Origin: Pocillopora damicornis
Lineage: Eukaryota
Length of the DNA: 64,000 nucleotides
NCBI RefSeq assembly: GCF_003704095.1
Contig: NW_020845054.1
Span: 124,001 to 188,000 of the forward strand
Direction of reading: 5' to 3'
Both the position numbers and the translations under genes were made by a program. The notes beneath the pieces were generated by a model. That model was not told the origin of the DNA, ran no database searches, and saw nothing but the letters and a program-made list of their open reading frames with translations. Each line of letters starts with the position of its first letter. Position 1 is the first letter of the stretch. Positions 13,301 through 26,500 of this stretch are shown here, piece after piece.

Positions 13301-16300
13301 GGAGGAATGGTGGATTGCTGCTCTACACCATCTGCAATCAACACAACATCAAAATACAAAAATATGTTTACAAACTCCTATTTCATTCAGGAAGTTTCCT
13401 TTCTTGTCCCAAAGTTTCATCATCCAATAAGATGATAACCAGAACCACTGCACTATTTTTGTTTCATGTTAGTCCACAAAAAACATTGACAAAATGCACA
13501 TTGACCATTTGTAATATTGCCAAGTGATGATAACAGAGGATCACATAATCCCCTACCAACTACAGTGCTGAAATCTTTTTAATCAACTGGTAAGCAATTA
13601 GACTAAAACTAAATATTAAATAAACAGCACAATTATTTCATACGTAACTTTCTTTCTCATGTTTTATAGAAATTAGAAGCAGAGAGCAGCTTAACAAGCT
13701 CTCTTGTCTGCTTCAAGAACTCGCTGATAACTGACCATGGCCCAGTTGTTCGAAGGCCAATTAGCCTTAACCCAGGGTTAAATTTTAATTCAGGTTCCTT
13801 TATTTCTTTGTTCAAAAGTATTTTAGGGAAAATTTTCACTATTCTTTTTAGAACATCCAGTGATACAATTGCAAGCAAAAAGATTTGAACTGTATTTTCT
13901 CTTAAAGCTTTCAGACCTGCAATCAAATGTTACACTAACCCTGGGTTACCTTTACCCAGCTTTGAACAACCTGGGCCATATGTATAAAGCAATGTCTGCC
14001 AAGTTTCTTGCCTTTGGCTGTAAGTCTAAGAGTGTTTTCAACTCTATTAAGTCTCCTGATGTCCCAAAAAAAAAAAAGGGATATGTCATATAATTCACAA
14101 ACCTGTTGCTTCTAAGGTTTCCTTAGCTAATGACTCTAAAACGTCAGAAACTTTTAAATTCAGATCAGTGTCGTCCACTTTGTTTCGCTGTCGAGAAGCC
14201 ATTGCCCTTTTCTTTCTTTTACTTCCAAAAGCTTCTGTTAGGAGGTCATTCTAAATGTGAACCAAACAAGTCAGTTAACTTTTGATCCTGATTTAATTAA
14301 TCATTATCTGATAAATAGATTTTATTTAACTTATCATGAGCATAAGATGAACCCCAGGCCTTTAAAACTATTGTTAAGAATGAGCTGACAAATGATTACT
14401 TTAACAAACCTTTTGGAGAAAAGTAAGATCAATTTTATTGTCCTCTTCATCCTCTCCTTGGTTTGTCTCAGTACTTCCGGCATCTGAAAAAGTTTTTACC
14501 ACTGTCACACCCTCCATAATGGATAATCTGCATCAATTTAAAATCATCCATCAGAAATTCAATGTAATTTCTCAAAATGCAAAAGAAATTTTTGTTCCAT
14601 AATTCATTTCATTGTGAATTTCTTTCTGAGGGTTCTGATATTGCCAAAAATTGGGTGTTGATAAAAAAAAATTCAAAAGAAATAACTACCAGTATTTACA
14701 TCCATAATTTTAGTTGGTAAAATGAATTGAACACAGGAAAGTAAGCATCTATCATTTTGCTTGACACTAATGCTTGCTTACCAGTAGCTGAAATATGTAT
14801 ATTATTACAACAATGTGGTGTTAATCATTTATTGTCTGATATAGTATTTTCCATTGTGGAATGGAATATTTTACCTGTATACTGCTGACACATAATAACA
14901 CGTCATTAGCAATGTTTTTCATCACATTCAATAAAACAATATTGTATTACAATTCTTTTGAAGTCACCCTTGAAAAAAAAACTAGATCGTGCTCTTTGCA
15001 TTATATATTCATATACACAGACCTTAAGTGGACTTAAACATTTGCTAATTAAGAACCATCAAAATCTTAACCTTTAGAGTAAAAATGTCAAGTTGCAATG
15101 TAGATTTAAGAGTTGTGATCTATTTTATCTTCCATTACATAAAACAAATGATCATTCAGTAAATAGTGATATTTGTTATTACCCAGGACTTTTGGTTGAA
15201 GTGTGACCATTTCAGTGTCATACATCTTCATTACTTCTGTTCTTTCATTGTAAACACCAAGAACATACCTATAGTACATTTTAAAATCAATTAGACATGT
15301 ATGTTCAGCAATTTCCATCAGCTCAAAAGACAATGACTTTGAGGCATTATGAATGATCATTTTGAAAGGTTTGTACAATTTTTTACTTCTTTTTACAGAA
15401 TACTCTTTTAGAACCTCTGTCAATGTGATAATTCTTCACTTGATAAATGGTTACAGTTGCAAGATGCAACAATTAAACCTTGCAAAGAACTTAAGACTAA
15501 TTCCAATATTGCCTGAAGACCACAAGTGATCAGTTGACTGTTAATATGGATTCTGATCACATAAAAGACTATAAATAGAAAAGCATAAGTCACTGACACA
15601 AAAAAAAACATCTTCAATAGCATCCTCCACAAGTCAGTCATGATACAGCTGTAATGATCTGGAAAATAATTTTCACTCACTTGCAAAGACCGCTTGATCT
15701 TGAAAATTGCCCAAAGTTGCAACCAGTGTATTCCATGCCATCTGTTTCTGCAATCTTGGAGCCAACCACAAATCAACACAAGAGAATTAACTATTTACAT
15801 GTACTCTCTGTCTGTGATGTTGTTTTCTTACAGACACTGACTGAAACCCATAATACCATATTTCTACTGCAAGGACAACTTCCAATCGCTTTTGGATACC
15901 TTTTCAGGTCTCACATGCTGCATCAACCCTTTACACTCCAATATCAGTATACACATTCTCTATACTGTTCTCTATACATTCCCACAGTGTTGACAAGGAG
16001 AATTTGTTTGACAATCAAGAGCTTCTTTCATTGGTGATCATTTCCTTCATGAGTGTGACACTGATATTTATGTGACCTTAATGTCAGGGGTGATATTTTG
16101 AGGACAAATTAAATGTTGGTCATACCTGGGGGTCAAAGGGTTAAGGTCAATTTGATTCCCTTTCAAGAAACGCGACCAACAGTGTAAGAACACAAGGGGC
16201 TCTGGGATGGAGGCCAAGAAATTAGGGTACTATCCTTTTTAAGGAAAATTTTAACCAGAGCTGAGAATGCCTTTTACATAAATACAAAATATTTTCTCAT

Positions 16301-16795
16301 ATTTTGATGGCATACCACAGTTTTCCTCTGTCTTTTTCTTTTATCTCCTCTATCCGCCCAATGATAACAACCAAATCGTATCCTTTTACTTGCACTGTTT
16401 TGCTTTAAGTTTCCATTCGTGAAATTGACTAAAGGAAGAAACATTGAAATGAGTTTTGTATGTTTTCAACATGGCTGTAGTTTCAAGGGCATAGGGAGGA
16501 CATAGGGACTCGCTGTACCACCAAAATCATAAAGAACCGTACAAATCCTTGAAATATCAACACAATAAAGTTTCAGCTTGAAAAGTTTGCGACAAGTTTG
16601 TTAAGGCGCTTGAAGACACAAGACACAACCATGATTGCGATAAAAAAACGGCTGGCTAATATCGTTTATACTATTTTAGGAATTCAGCACCTAAATAATG
16701 CTAAAGTAAAGCAATCTTTGAAAAGACGTACCAACAAGGGGCTGCACATTCGAAGAAGCATCGATCGCTTCGTATTCCAACGTAGCAGCCGCCAT
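10354..16795 (-). CDS. POLR1E: RNA polymerase I subunit RPA49/PAF53; exons 16795-16732, 16428-16316, 15754-15681, 15268-15183, 14483-14410, 14250-14103, 13331-13251, 12619-12523, 11884-11745, 11412-11337, 10787-10665, 10525-10354
   Basis: Hand-spliced translation gives VNFTNG, IAETDGMEYTGCNFG, YVLGVYN...MYDTEMVTLQP, DLLTEAFGSKRKKRA, IPPYNLKATTAADVYKLNDIISP, KDKLVSYILVLALIIDEF and AVLKVPLP, all characteristic of the A49-like family. Exon phases are consistent. Mostly missed by the ORF track. Confidence 0.88.
10847..10988. mobile_element. Short palindromic MITE (ggatcaat...cacctacccctcccctaa / ttagggaggggtaggtg...attgaccc) in a POLR1E intron
   Basis: Degenerate long inverted arms with a short spacer. 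Confidence 0.6.
12620..13250 (-). other. U12-type (minor spliceosome) GT-AG intron in POLR1E
   Basis: 5' splice site GTATCCTTTT (13250-13241). Branch point TTCCTTAAC (12637-12629) lies just upstream of the AG, with no long polypyrimidine tract. Confidence 0.85.
13739..13977. mobile_element. MITE with GGCCC(A)GTTGTTC TIRs
   Basis: ggcccagttgttcgaagg...aacccagggtta at the left and taaccctgggtt...ctttgaacaacctgggcc at the right are inverted repeats. Confidence 0.7.
15927..16140. mobile_element. TTAA-MITE subfamily B in POLR1E intron 2
   Basis: ccctttacactcc...ggggtcaaaggg|ttaa. Body shared with the 2590, 11441, 19239, 24830 and 53052 copies. Confidence 0.8.
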
Positions 16796-17056
16796 CTTTG
16801 ATTCTAACGCACGTGGGGCTTCATGTAAGAAAAGTTGTTGTCTGAGTCCTCTCTGTTTCGTCAGCCAATCAGATTCTACCTTTTATGCTATTGTTCGCGG
16901 CAAATTTCCAAGCCGCACAAGTTGTGTTTATCTGTGGTCCCTATGTTTGCCATCCGGGTGAATCAACAACGCACAGGTTTTTCCGTTGAGGCTTCCGGAT
17001 AAATTATTGATTATCTGGATACAGACACCTTAGTTTCGTACATTGGTTTTTCGTAA
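16796..17056. promoter_or_regulatory. Bidirectional promoter between POLR1E and the CRAL-TRIO gene
   Basis: Divergent ATGs only ~260 bp apart, CpG-rich, CCAAT box (agccaatcag near 16863). Confidence 0.6.
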
Positions 17057-20000
17057 ATGCTGAAATCGGACTCGAAAAATGGCAAGGTTGAGCGAAATAT
17101 GTCTATAGAGATCGCCGGTACGTCATTCGAAGAAAACTTCGAAGAATTGAAAAATCGCCTTCAGGTAAATTTAGCAATTAAGATCCCGCCAAATGTATTT
17201 TCCATTTATTTCAGTTTTAGAATCAGACATTAATTTCTGTCGCGTTTTCCTACTACGTGATAGAACACAGTCTGACTTGAGCAAAACCCGTGAGTTTCAG
17301 TATCTTAGCCGGTTATTAATTTCACGAAATGAATTACCTTGTCAAATTTTTTTGGGATTTTTTCGAAAGCCTAGAAACGAAATCGAGATTTCAAATGAAG
17401 TGTTATTTAGTTTAATATATTTTGCAACTTATTTTTTTTTAATTTCAGCCACTCTTTGATGCAGAACCACTTAAGGTATGTATTTTTTTTCGATCAGCTT
17501 AATGTTTGGTGCGAAATTCTGTGGCGCCTCTTCTTTTGAGGAGGCTACGTATACTTTCCTTCTGTAATTAAAGTAATTTGCATCTGTCAAACTAAGAAAG
17601 GTTTGTATTTAGCGATGAAAATCCAATTTCTCTGTATTTTGAAAATTAGAGAATGGTTTTTACAGGTAAATAAAAAATTGTTTAGAATATGTACTAAAGC
17701 AAACATACGCAAGTTGTGGATACGTCTTAAGTAATTTGTTGTGTTGTTTGGTGTTACTTTAAAAACGTCTTTCCTTCTTTCATTTTTTAAAGTCAAAATT
17801 GCAGAGAAAATATTGTTAATTATTTTCCTAACATAAAATGGAAAAAATAATGAAACAGCAACAAAGTTTTTTCTGATTCTGACTGCGTGTAGAAACTGTT
17901 GGAAAAGTCATAATAATTATTATTACTCAACTATACTTGCATTCTGAGATTGACACAAAATTTTCCTTTTTGCTGGAGTGCTTTCTAGAAGTACATCATT
18001 TCTAAAAATAGGTTGGAATTTATATATGGCATAATTTATGCTTCTAGTTAACATGAAGATGACTATTAAGCAATTAATAAATAAATGAATAATAGATAAA
18101 TTAATTTAGTGGCCTGCATCCCCTGTCAGGACAGCCCTCTTACCCTTGGTTGTTATTTGAAGCTGGTGCTTGGCAAATTGGAATTTGATTTTCTATGAAC
18201 TGATCCAAATGTCCATTTTAAGGTTAAAGGAAGGTTCTCAAATATGTTGCAAAATTCTAGAAATCACTTCTCAAAATTTTTAAATGTTCAAATTTTTCAG
18301 GTCTTTGGGGGACTGTTTCTGAAGTGCTCTAGAAGGGTGGTAATTTAATTAATTCCCCTTCTCAGTTCAGATCATGTTTCTATTATGTTTTCTAGTGAAA
18401 ACCTTGTCATTCAATGAACACCTTTTTATGTGATTTCTATTTCAGGCTCAGACAGATTCTTGCCTGAGACGTTTTCTGCGGGGATTTGACGATGTAGATG
18501 AAGCATACACTGCCTTGATTAAGTACATAAACTGGAGAGAAGAATATGGAGTCAACTGTTTGAGCAGAGGGGATGATGATATTGAAGAACAAATTGCTTT
18601 GGATAAGGCTGAAGTGTTAGAATTTCCAGATCACAGAGGAAGGTGAGCTCCAATACTTTTATTTGTCAGGAGTTGTATATTTATTTAAGGTTAGTTTTAC
18701 TGCTTCTTTTTTGTGCTAGTTATGTTTATTTCCTGAAACAGACATCATCCCCTCAAACAACCTTCCACCATTTCCCCTCTTCCTTGTCCCTGGCATCCAC
18801 CCCTCCCCCTTTATTGTATGATAAAGGGGGAGGGGTGGATGCCAGGGACAAGGGGTGGATGCCAAAGAACCCCCTCAACCCTCCCCCTCTATAGACTCAC
18901 CAAGAGTCAGTTATAACCCACTTTAACATTAGATCAGTTTTTTTACCTTTCTGCAAATAGCTATGCTGTGATCAACGTTAAGTTTTAGAGTAAGGTGTTT
19001 ATTTTACATAACCATTGTTTGATCATTGAATTCAGCCAACATATTTTGATATCTGTAGGCCTATCATTCTTGTGACAGTAAGGAATCATGATGCAAGAAC
19101 CAGAGATTTAAATGTCATCACCAAGTTCATTATTTACATTTTGGTATGTGATCCTAGTTATCAGGCAACTGGCCACAACTTGCTCATGACAATGGTTGTG
19201 GTTGTTCACCATAAGCAGAGTAATCAATAAAATTTTAACTCTTTACACCTCAACATCAGTATGTATATTCTCCATACATTTCCCTAGATGTTGACAAAGA
19301 GAATTTGTTTAACAACCAAGAGCCTCTTTAATTGGTGATCATTCTCCTTATTCTCATGACCTTGATGTTTGATTCAGGGTTGATATTGTAAAGAGAAGTT
19401 AGATGTTAGTCACTCTTTGGGGTCCAGGGGTTGAGATATGTGACTGAACAAGTAAAAAGCATTCAATACAGATCACCTGACTGAATTGTTTCCTTATGTC
19501 TAAAGGAGGAGGCAACAAGAAGATGTGACGAAGATGTGATTGACAACCTTTGCATCACCTTTGATTTAAAGGTAAGTTGATCATGTTATCATTTAAAACC
19601 AGCAGTAGACAGAATTAATTGGTTACTTACATGTAGGTTACTAATAAGCCAGCTACTTTTTAAATTAAACTGAATTATTAGTTTTATTTAATATCACTGA
19701 CTCTGTTTGACTTTAAAATTCAGGAAGTAGGATCAGACATGTTTTGATGCTACTCTGGTTTACAGATTTAATGAATGTAACCGAAGAAGCTACAATTCAT
19801 AGACCCAACATTTCAACACTCCTAGACCCAGGACAGGAGTGTTGAAATTGTAACTTCTTTGGTTACATTCATTAAATCTGTAAAGCATGAGTAGCATCAA
19901 ACCATGTCTGCTTTACCATAGTCATTAGCCCTTATCACATTTTAAGTAAAGTGAATGCTGCTTTGTTTGATCCATAGGGTTTCACATTTAGCAACATGGA

Positions 20001-20370
20001 TTACGGATTTGTAAAGCAGCTCATTTGGCTTCTGTCCAGACGATATCCTGAAAGACTTGGAAAGTGCTTGATTGTAAATTCACCATTTATTTTCACTGGA
20101 TGTTGGGCACTTATCAGACTGTGGTTAGTTTCATTAAAATTTAGAACCAACTGTAACACTTGAGGAGGGGATTGCCCCGGAAGATCCAAGATTGAAAAAA
20201 ACCTGGACAGGTGTCTGTTTTGAATATAATTATTCATTACTGATATTTGCTTCTATATTCACTTCATTAGGTTACATGAGGTGACATCAAACAAGATTGT
20301 TTTTATCAAGAATGAAGAACAACTTGCAGAATTCATACCTCTTCATGCTTTACCAAAATCACTTTTTTGA
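17057..20370 (+). CDS. CRAL-TRIO (Sec14-like) lipid-binding protein, ~242 aa; exons 17057-17164, 17449-17475, 18446-18642, 19059-19143, 19506-19571, 19978-20123, 20271-20370
   Basis: Spliced translation has TDSCLRRFLR...WREEY, DHRGRPIILV, FDLKGFTFSNMD, RYPERLGKCLIVNSPFIFTGCWALIR and VTSNKIVF...LPKSLF*, which are Sec14/CRAL-TRIO motifs. Includes a 27-nt microexon. Not in the ORF track. Confidence 0.88.
18782..18853. repeat. Perfect 33-bp inverted repeat with 6-nt loop in CRAL-TRIO intron 3
   Basis: ccttgtccctggcatccacccctccccctttat / tgtatg / ataaagggggaggggtggatgccagggacaagg. Confidence 0.9.
19734..19910. repeat. Foldback element (~65-80 bp arms) in CRAL-TRIO intron 5
   Basis: cagacatgttttgatgctactc...tttacagatttaatgaatgtaacc... 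is mirrored by ...ggttacattcattaaatctgtaaag...gagtagcatcaaaccatgtctg, with inner stem tttcaacactcct/aggagtgttgaaa. Confidence 0.85.
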
Positions 20371-21031
20371 AATAGTTTGTTTTAATTTTTAGTTAGTTTT
20401 TTTTTCACTCACTCTTTTGAGGTAACAGCCTGCCTGAGTACCTTCAAGACCTGATTGCTAGCCAACAAATTGTTTTTGTGTTTGTTATAAATGTCTTAAG
20501 ACACTGAAAGTACAGCTTTTTTATTTATGTTTAAGATAAATGTTGATATTTAAAGAAGTATTAATCTCACATATAGTTAATTTTTAGCTAATGTGAAACT
20601 TAGTAAGAATGGCATGTAACTTATTTCAGGAATTATTCCAAAAAGTGCAACAATTTTGATAGATTAGTAAACAACATTCTGTAGTAACACTTCACTAACA
20701 AGTTTAGGTATTCTGATCTACAATATTATACTATTTGATAATTGATATGGAAATTCATGTGTAGTATGCCAAAATTAATTAAAAAAAGTTGCTTAATAAG
20801 TTACAATCCAAAAACAACTACAACGATCATTCTTACAAATATAAATTGCAGTTGTTTTAACTTTTTTAGTTTATGTTAGCTGAAATATTTTAATTGTCTC
20901 GTTTGCCATGTGAAAGTTGTAATCAAAATCATGAGCTTCTTTCTTCTGCGAAGAACAAAATGTTGTCAAATTAGGCAAAATTCTAGTACATATTTGACAG
21001 CTCATATTTATAAATGTAAGAGGTGATTTAG

Positions 21032-21089
21032 CACTTCTTTCAAAGTTAATTTAGAATTTTCACTTCTTTCAAAGTTGATTTAGAACTTT
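21032..21089. repeat. 29-bp tandem duplication
   Basis: cacttctttcaaagttaatttagaatttt followed by cacttctttcaaagttgatttagaacttt. Confidence 0.7.
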
Positions 21090-21442
21090 TATTTCTCTCA
21101 AAAATGGAAATAATAATGGGGAATTGTCGCAATTAATGGTAATAAAACTTATTGTCTTTAAGTTAAACTTTGTGTAGTTTTCTTCAATCAAGGAAAAAAA
21201 TTAGTTTGGTTTTGAAAACTTTTCTTACATCTGGTGTAGGTTACATGAGTTCAGGTTACAGAGATGTCAATAGAGAAAGTCCTGGACAAAAAATGCCCAG
21301 GGATTCTGAAAGTTTATTATCTTTTTTGGTTACAGTAACTGAAATGTCTCAAAGGTAACCAAGGGAATTTAAGATTAATGATATCAAAGAGATAAACAGT
21401 TCCACATTGCATGAAACTCAGCTGATGTCAGGAGGCCATTCA

Positions 21443-21835
21443 AACCCTTTTAACCCCAAAGAGTGACTCACATCTACTTTCTCCTTACAATATCATCCCT
21501 GATTGAAACCTCAATCCTTTAACTCCCACAAGTGACCAAGACCGAATTTCTCCTCATGATATCAATACAATATCAAGCAGACAAGTGATGAGGATAAAGA
21601 AAAATATAAATTAAGGGAATATAAGTTGATCCAATACCAAATTCTCCAAACAAACATCACAAGAACTGTATGGCAGACAGTGAGGAGAATTACTAATGAG
21701 ATATGGGGAGTTAAAGGGTTAAGGTCTAGTGAAAGAAGGAAATGATCACCAACTAAAGAAGGCCCTTGATTGTTACACAAATTCTCATTCTCAACACCTT
21801 AGGAAATGTAAAGAGAACTGTATGGAGAGTATGGT
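21443..21835. mobile_element. Nested TTAA-MITEs: subfamily C copy (21515-21718) inserted in the internal TTAA of a subfamily B copy
   Basis: The host resumes at ttaaggtc...gaaatgatcacc exactly as in uninterrupted copies. The insert is flanked by tcaa/ttaa. Confidence 0.75.
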
Positions 21836-23572
21836 GTATTTAGGACACACTTTAGTAGCCTGGCCATTGTGGCACAGTGGGTGTTGTGATGTTAAAGTAA
21901 ATGTATTGTCACTGCTCTTTACCCCACAACATTACAGACTAGTTTTTGCAGAGACTGTTTGACTGTACTTCAAAGAAACCATAGAATCACTATCCTACCA
22001 GGTTTACTCTAATATGAAACTGCAGCACAGGAATGCAGTGATGTGATTTCATTTTATTGCTACTATTTCATAACTGGGTACATTACATCATGTTAATACC
22101 TTTAGAAGGATTCAACATAGTAGCATATTGAAGAATGTCACAAAATAAAAGTTTCATCTGGTGCTGGAATGCTATTATTTACTACTTTTATTTTCTATTT
22201 TAGCCCTTTACCACCCATTACGATAAACATAAGGGCATCTGGAATAAAGCCCTGAGTAACCCTTGATGAAACATGAACTTCTCCCTGTGTTTCACAAGCG
22301 AATGTAGGACAGGTTGAAAGGAGAATCTAGAGGTGTGTGAGAGGTCACTTAGGGCTTTTTTCAAGCATGCCTTAGATTGTGACAATTTGAATGCCAAATT
22401 AAATTAGAAATGTGTTATTTTGTTACCCACTCAAGCGTCTGGGAAAACATTCATAGCCATATCCGGTCTTCTGTCAATTTAATGCACCATTTAGCAGAGG
22501 ATGCAGAACTAAACCTCAGTCTTTCATTCCTCCTCAAAATAGGATGCCACTACAATGAATTTTAAACATAAATTTGTTTTTCCTTGTTTGAATCATATAC
22601 TTAGCATTGTTAAAGGAGTACACTTTCATTGTTATGTTGTAAACTGATTATTTTCCTTGTTAGTGTTGTTTAGAATGATTATGTTTCTGTGATGTGATTA
22701 TTAGAATTAGCTCATAAAAATATCTGCACTTTGAAGTTTACTATATTAAGCAAGCAAGTAAGCTTGCATTTATGCTGCAGCACTACTGGTAAAGTGGCTA
22801 GAGACCAGCAAGGTGGCAAAGCAGGCTGGAGTGGGATCACAGCTTCACCAATTGGGCCACAGCATTTCAGAAAAAGCCTGCATCAGGACTACACTAAATT
22901 GCAAATAATAACAACAGAAATAAAAATAATTACCACTAATTACCTTATAACCTGATAACATACTTAAAGAGGTTTATTTACAAGGCAGTTAGTTAATATG
23001 TTAATGAGAATAACATAAGCATTTACTTATAAGTTAGTAATTATGTGTTAAATTATATTCCTTAGTACAGCAAATTTATTTACAAACTGCAGAGTGAGTA
23101 TTTCTCTTCTCAATTTTTTCTCCAGGATCACAGACCCTGGAACAAACAAATAATTGCAGAGGAATCTCTGACAATTTTAATTAACATAATTAAATGTTTT
23201 TATAATATATTGACTCCAACATATTTGTTGTACAAATTCATGAGATGTGCTCTGCCACAATTAAGCTGGAGGCAAACCAACTGAAAAATTCAAATCAACC
23301 ATTTAAGTCATTATATGGTATCAAAATAAATTTTTTTTTTATATAAATAATAAAATGAACTTTGTTTTTCCAAAAAATTAGAGTCTCTATAAACCACTAA
23401 TTAAAAACAATCCCCAACTTTACACAAACTAATACCTTGCAAGAAATAAATTAACCACACCCCAAACACACCTAATTTGAACCAAGAAAGACTATTAGTA
23501 ATAGTTGCAATATACTCAGTCACTTGATAAAATAAACTTTTTTGAGTAGGAAAAAAATTTCTCTGTGTAACA

Positions 23573-26500
23573 TTAATCACTGGTTCCATAGAGTGTTAAC
23601 ACCCATTTTGACACTGTGCCTGCATATCCTTTGGCTGAATCAGAGCCTTCATCCTCCTGTTGCAATAAACTATCTAGATCACCCTCGTCTTCAGCGACTG
23701 GGAACACTTGATCACGCATGTAATCTTTTCCAAACCGGCCATGATGTATCTCATCATGATAGCTGTCGTAGTCATCCATGATCTCATCCCGGCGTGCTTT
23801 CAACAGGTCATGTTGTATAAGAACCTTCTCCCTTTCCTCAACATCTGGTTTTGATGGTGCACTTGAAGACTTCTTGTCATGGTGGAATCTTAGGATCCAT
23901 GTTCCTTTAGGGGACTCATCCCAGAAGTGCACAGTCATGAAAGCCCAGTCATTCAGTCCAAATGTGTCCTTGTCATTGCGGCGAACAGAAAGTAACTGAC
24001 TTGTCATTTTTCCTGGGGAGGTGAGATCAATGCTGATATCACCACGGAATGCCTTGGATAATCTGAAGCTGACAGTGACCTGTACGTGCTCTAGTTTCTG
24101 GATGTCACATGCATCTGTGTTGAGGCTCAACTCCAGAGTACCTCGAATTGGAATATACGGATCCTTTATAGGGCCAATTACTGAACAATTCTGCTGTTCC
24201 CCAACTGGCATCCAATTCACTGCTTCACTCACCATTTTGGCAGCATTAAGACGACCAAATCCAAACTTGTGATTCACCAACAAACCTGCTGCATTCTCAA
24301 CCCATCCTTCATCTTTTGGACTGGTCTTCAATGCCGTTTTCACAACAATGTGTTGAAGATCACGCCAGGTCAGATTTTGGTTTGCTTCCAGAACCAAAGC
24401 AAAGATACCTGAAGCCAGTGGAGCAGCTGATGAAGTGCCACGGAACCTTGTGGTGCACTTGTGCTTAAGATCAGTGGTGACTAAGTCAGCTTCACTGGAG
24501 CCACCCCGGTGAGTGTCTCCTGTGTAGGTTACTGCCATTGTAGATGAACACTGTTCATCATAGTAAGTGGAGAGGCCATATCGACTGACGGCTCCAATAG
24601 ATATCGTATAGATACTAGATGTGTAGCCATCTGCATTACAATCATCATCGGCAAGACCTCCATTACCAGTAGCCCAAACAAATATACTTCCTTTCCCTGG
24701 AGAGAAATAATAAACATTTTCAGGTATTCTTATTGTAGTGATGGGGTATTTGAGGATTTCTTCATAGTAAAAACAGGGAAGTGTTTGCACTATCAGACAC
24801 TTGCTTTATAGTGGCAGCCGACTACAAAAACCATTTACACCCTAACATCAGTATGCATATTCTCCATACTGTTCTCTATACATTTCCTAAGGCATGGACA
24901 AGGACAATTTGTTCAACAATCAAGAGCCCCTTTAGTTGGTGATCATTTCCTTTATTCTCATGACCCTAACTTCTGACTCAGTAGTGATATTGCGAAGAGA
25001 AATTAGATGCTTATCAACCTTAGGGCTTAGAGGGTTAAAACCTGAAGACAGTCTCACTTACAACCTTCTCACTCTGGACAGTCCTCAATTTCCAATTGAT
25101 TAGTCACTCTTAATTTATATTATCTTCTGCTGGTTGAAACAGTAAGGAAAGTATCAAAATAAAAAAGGAGGCTTGAAGAAAAAACAAAATGTAGTTTTCC
25201 CATAAGCATTAAATAGATAGACACAGCTGTGTGGAAAGGGAAGTTTTCCATTTTGTGTTTCAAGCTGACATGCTGTCAGATCAGTAAACTTAATTATCAC
25301 TACTTATTTGTGATGGCTTCATTTAAGCTCAGCGGTCAAAAGTTAAGAAAAGCGTTGGCTGAATTTCATTCACTCTAAGACAATGAGCGCTTTATTTAGA
25401 GCTGTGTTGTTTTACCCATTACAAAACAGTAACTAAGAACTAAGGCATTTCTGCCAGCAATGAGCCCTGTGATTTTCAATTCTTTTTCTATCAGTGTATT
25501 TATGTTAACAGTACAAGGGCCTGCAGCTGTTGTGTAAGGAAAATAATTCTTAGAAAACATCTATGGTAAAAACATTTTGCTGTGGTTTTAAAAGCATCAG
25601 CTAACCTTTAAAGTAGAAAACTCTTTAACGAAAAAAAAAGGTTAAAGAACTTCCGACTTCGAATATTGAGCCTCGATACAGGTTCGATAATACAGCAATA
25701 ATGATTCTTAATGATAACCCCTTAATTTTCACTCTCATTTTCAGCGAAGAGCATTGGCAATATCAAAACAATGTCGTTCTTAATTTAATTTGTAATGACA
25801 AACGAAGGTTTCCTTCCTTATTTCCTTTTGTGTACAATAGAAAAGCTGTGAACGATTTTAATGCGAGTGGGAGATCTACGAAATAACATACGTCAAGAGA
25901 ACTTTTAGACACCCACGCATACTTAGTGAACCTCCGGAATATAAAATACGGAATATTAGTAGAAAGAAAAATATAAATCCTTAAATTTTAAGTTAAAAAG
26001 AGAGCCATATGAAAATTATTTCAGAAAATACAGCACAAAATATTCAATCGAAAAAAACCACTCCGATATAATAAATCTAGTTTCTGTGATAATCAAAACA
26101 AAACCTGGCTCACAGGTTTAAATAATTAATGACGATCATGCATTCAACTTTCTGAATACTAAATCTGACACAAGCGATCTAAAGTTGATTTATTTTACAT
26201 GAAAAACATTAACTTGATTTGCCTCGTAAAATCTTTTAAGTAAAATATTTCTCCCGATGGACGTTGACAAGAACTAATGAATCATCTTTATGTAGGAAAA
26301 TTAAGTTTACATGGCTGTTGCCAAATTAGTTTAGCTTACCTCCGCGACCGTACTTAGCTCCATCTTCGAACGCTTGCCTTCCCAACGGTCCTGGCCTGCC
26401 AAAAGTTTTTCCGTCGTCTTTCGGCCCCCAACAATTACTGTAAATATCGATGTAATCACGTCGAAAGCCTAAAGCGCTTGCTTCCAATAAATCTGTTGCC

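Noticed and set aside
13545-13590. Possible POLR1E microexon
   Set aside because: It introduces a stop. Exons 14250-14103 and 13331-13251 already join in phase.
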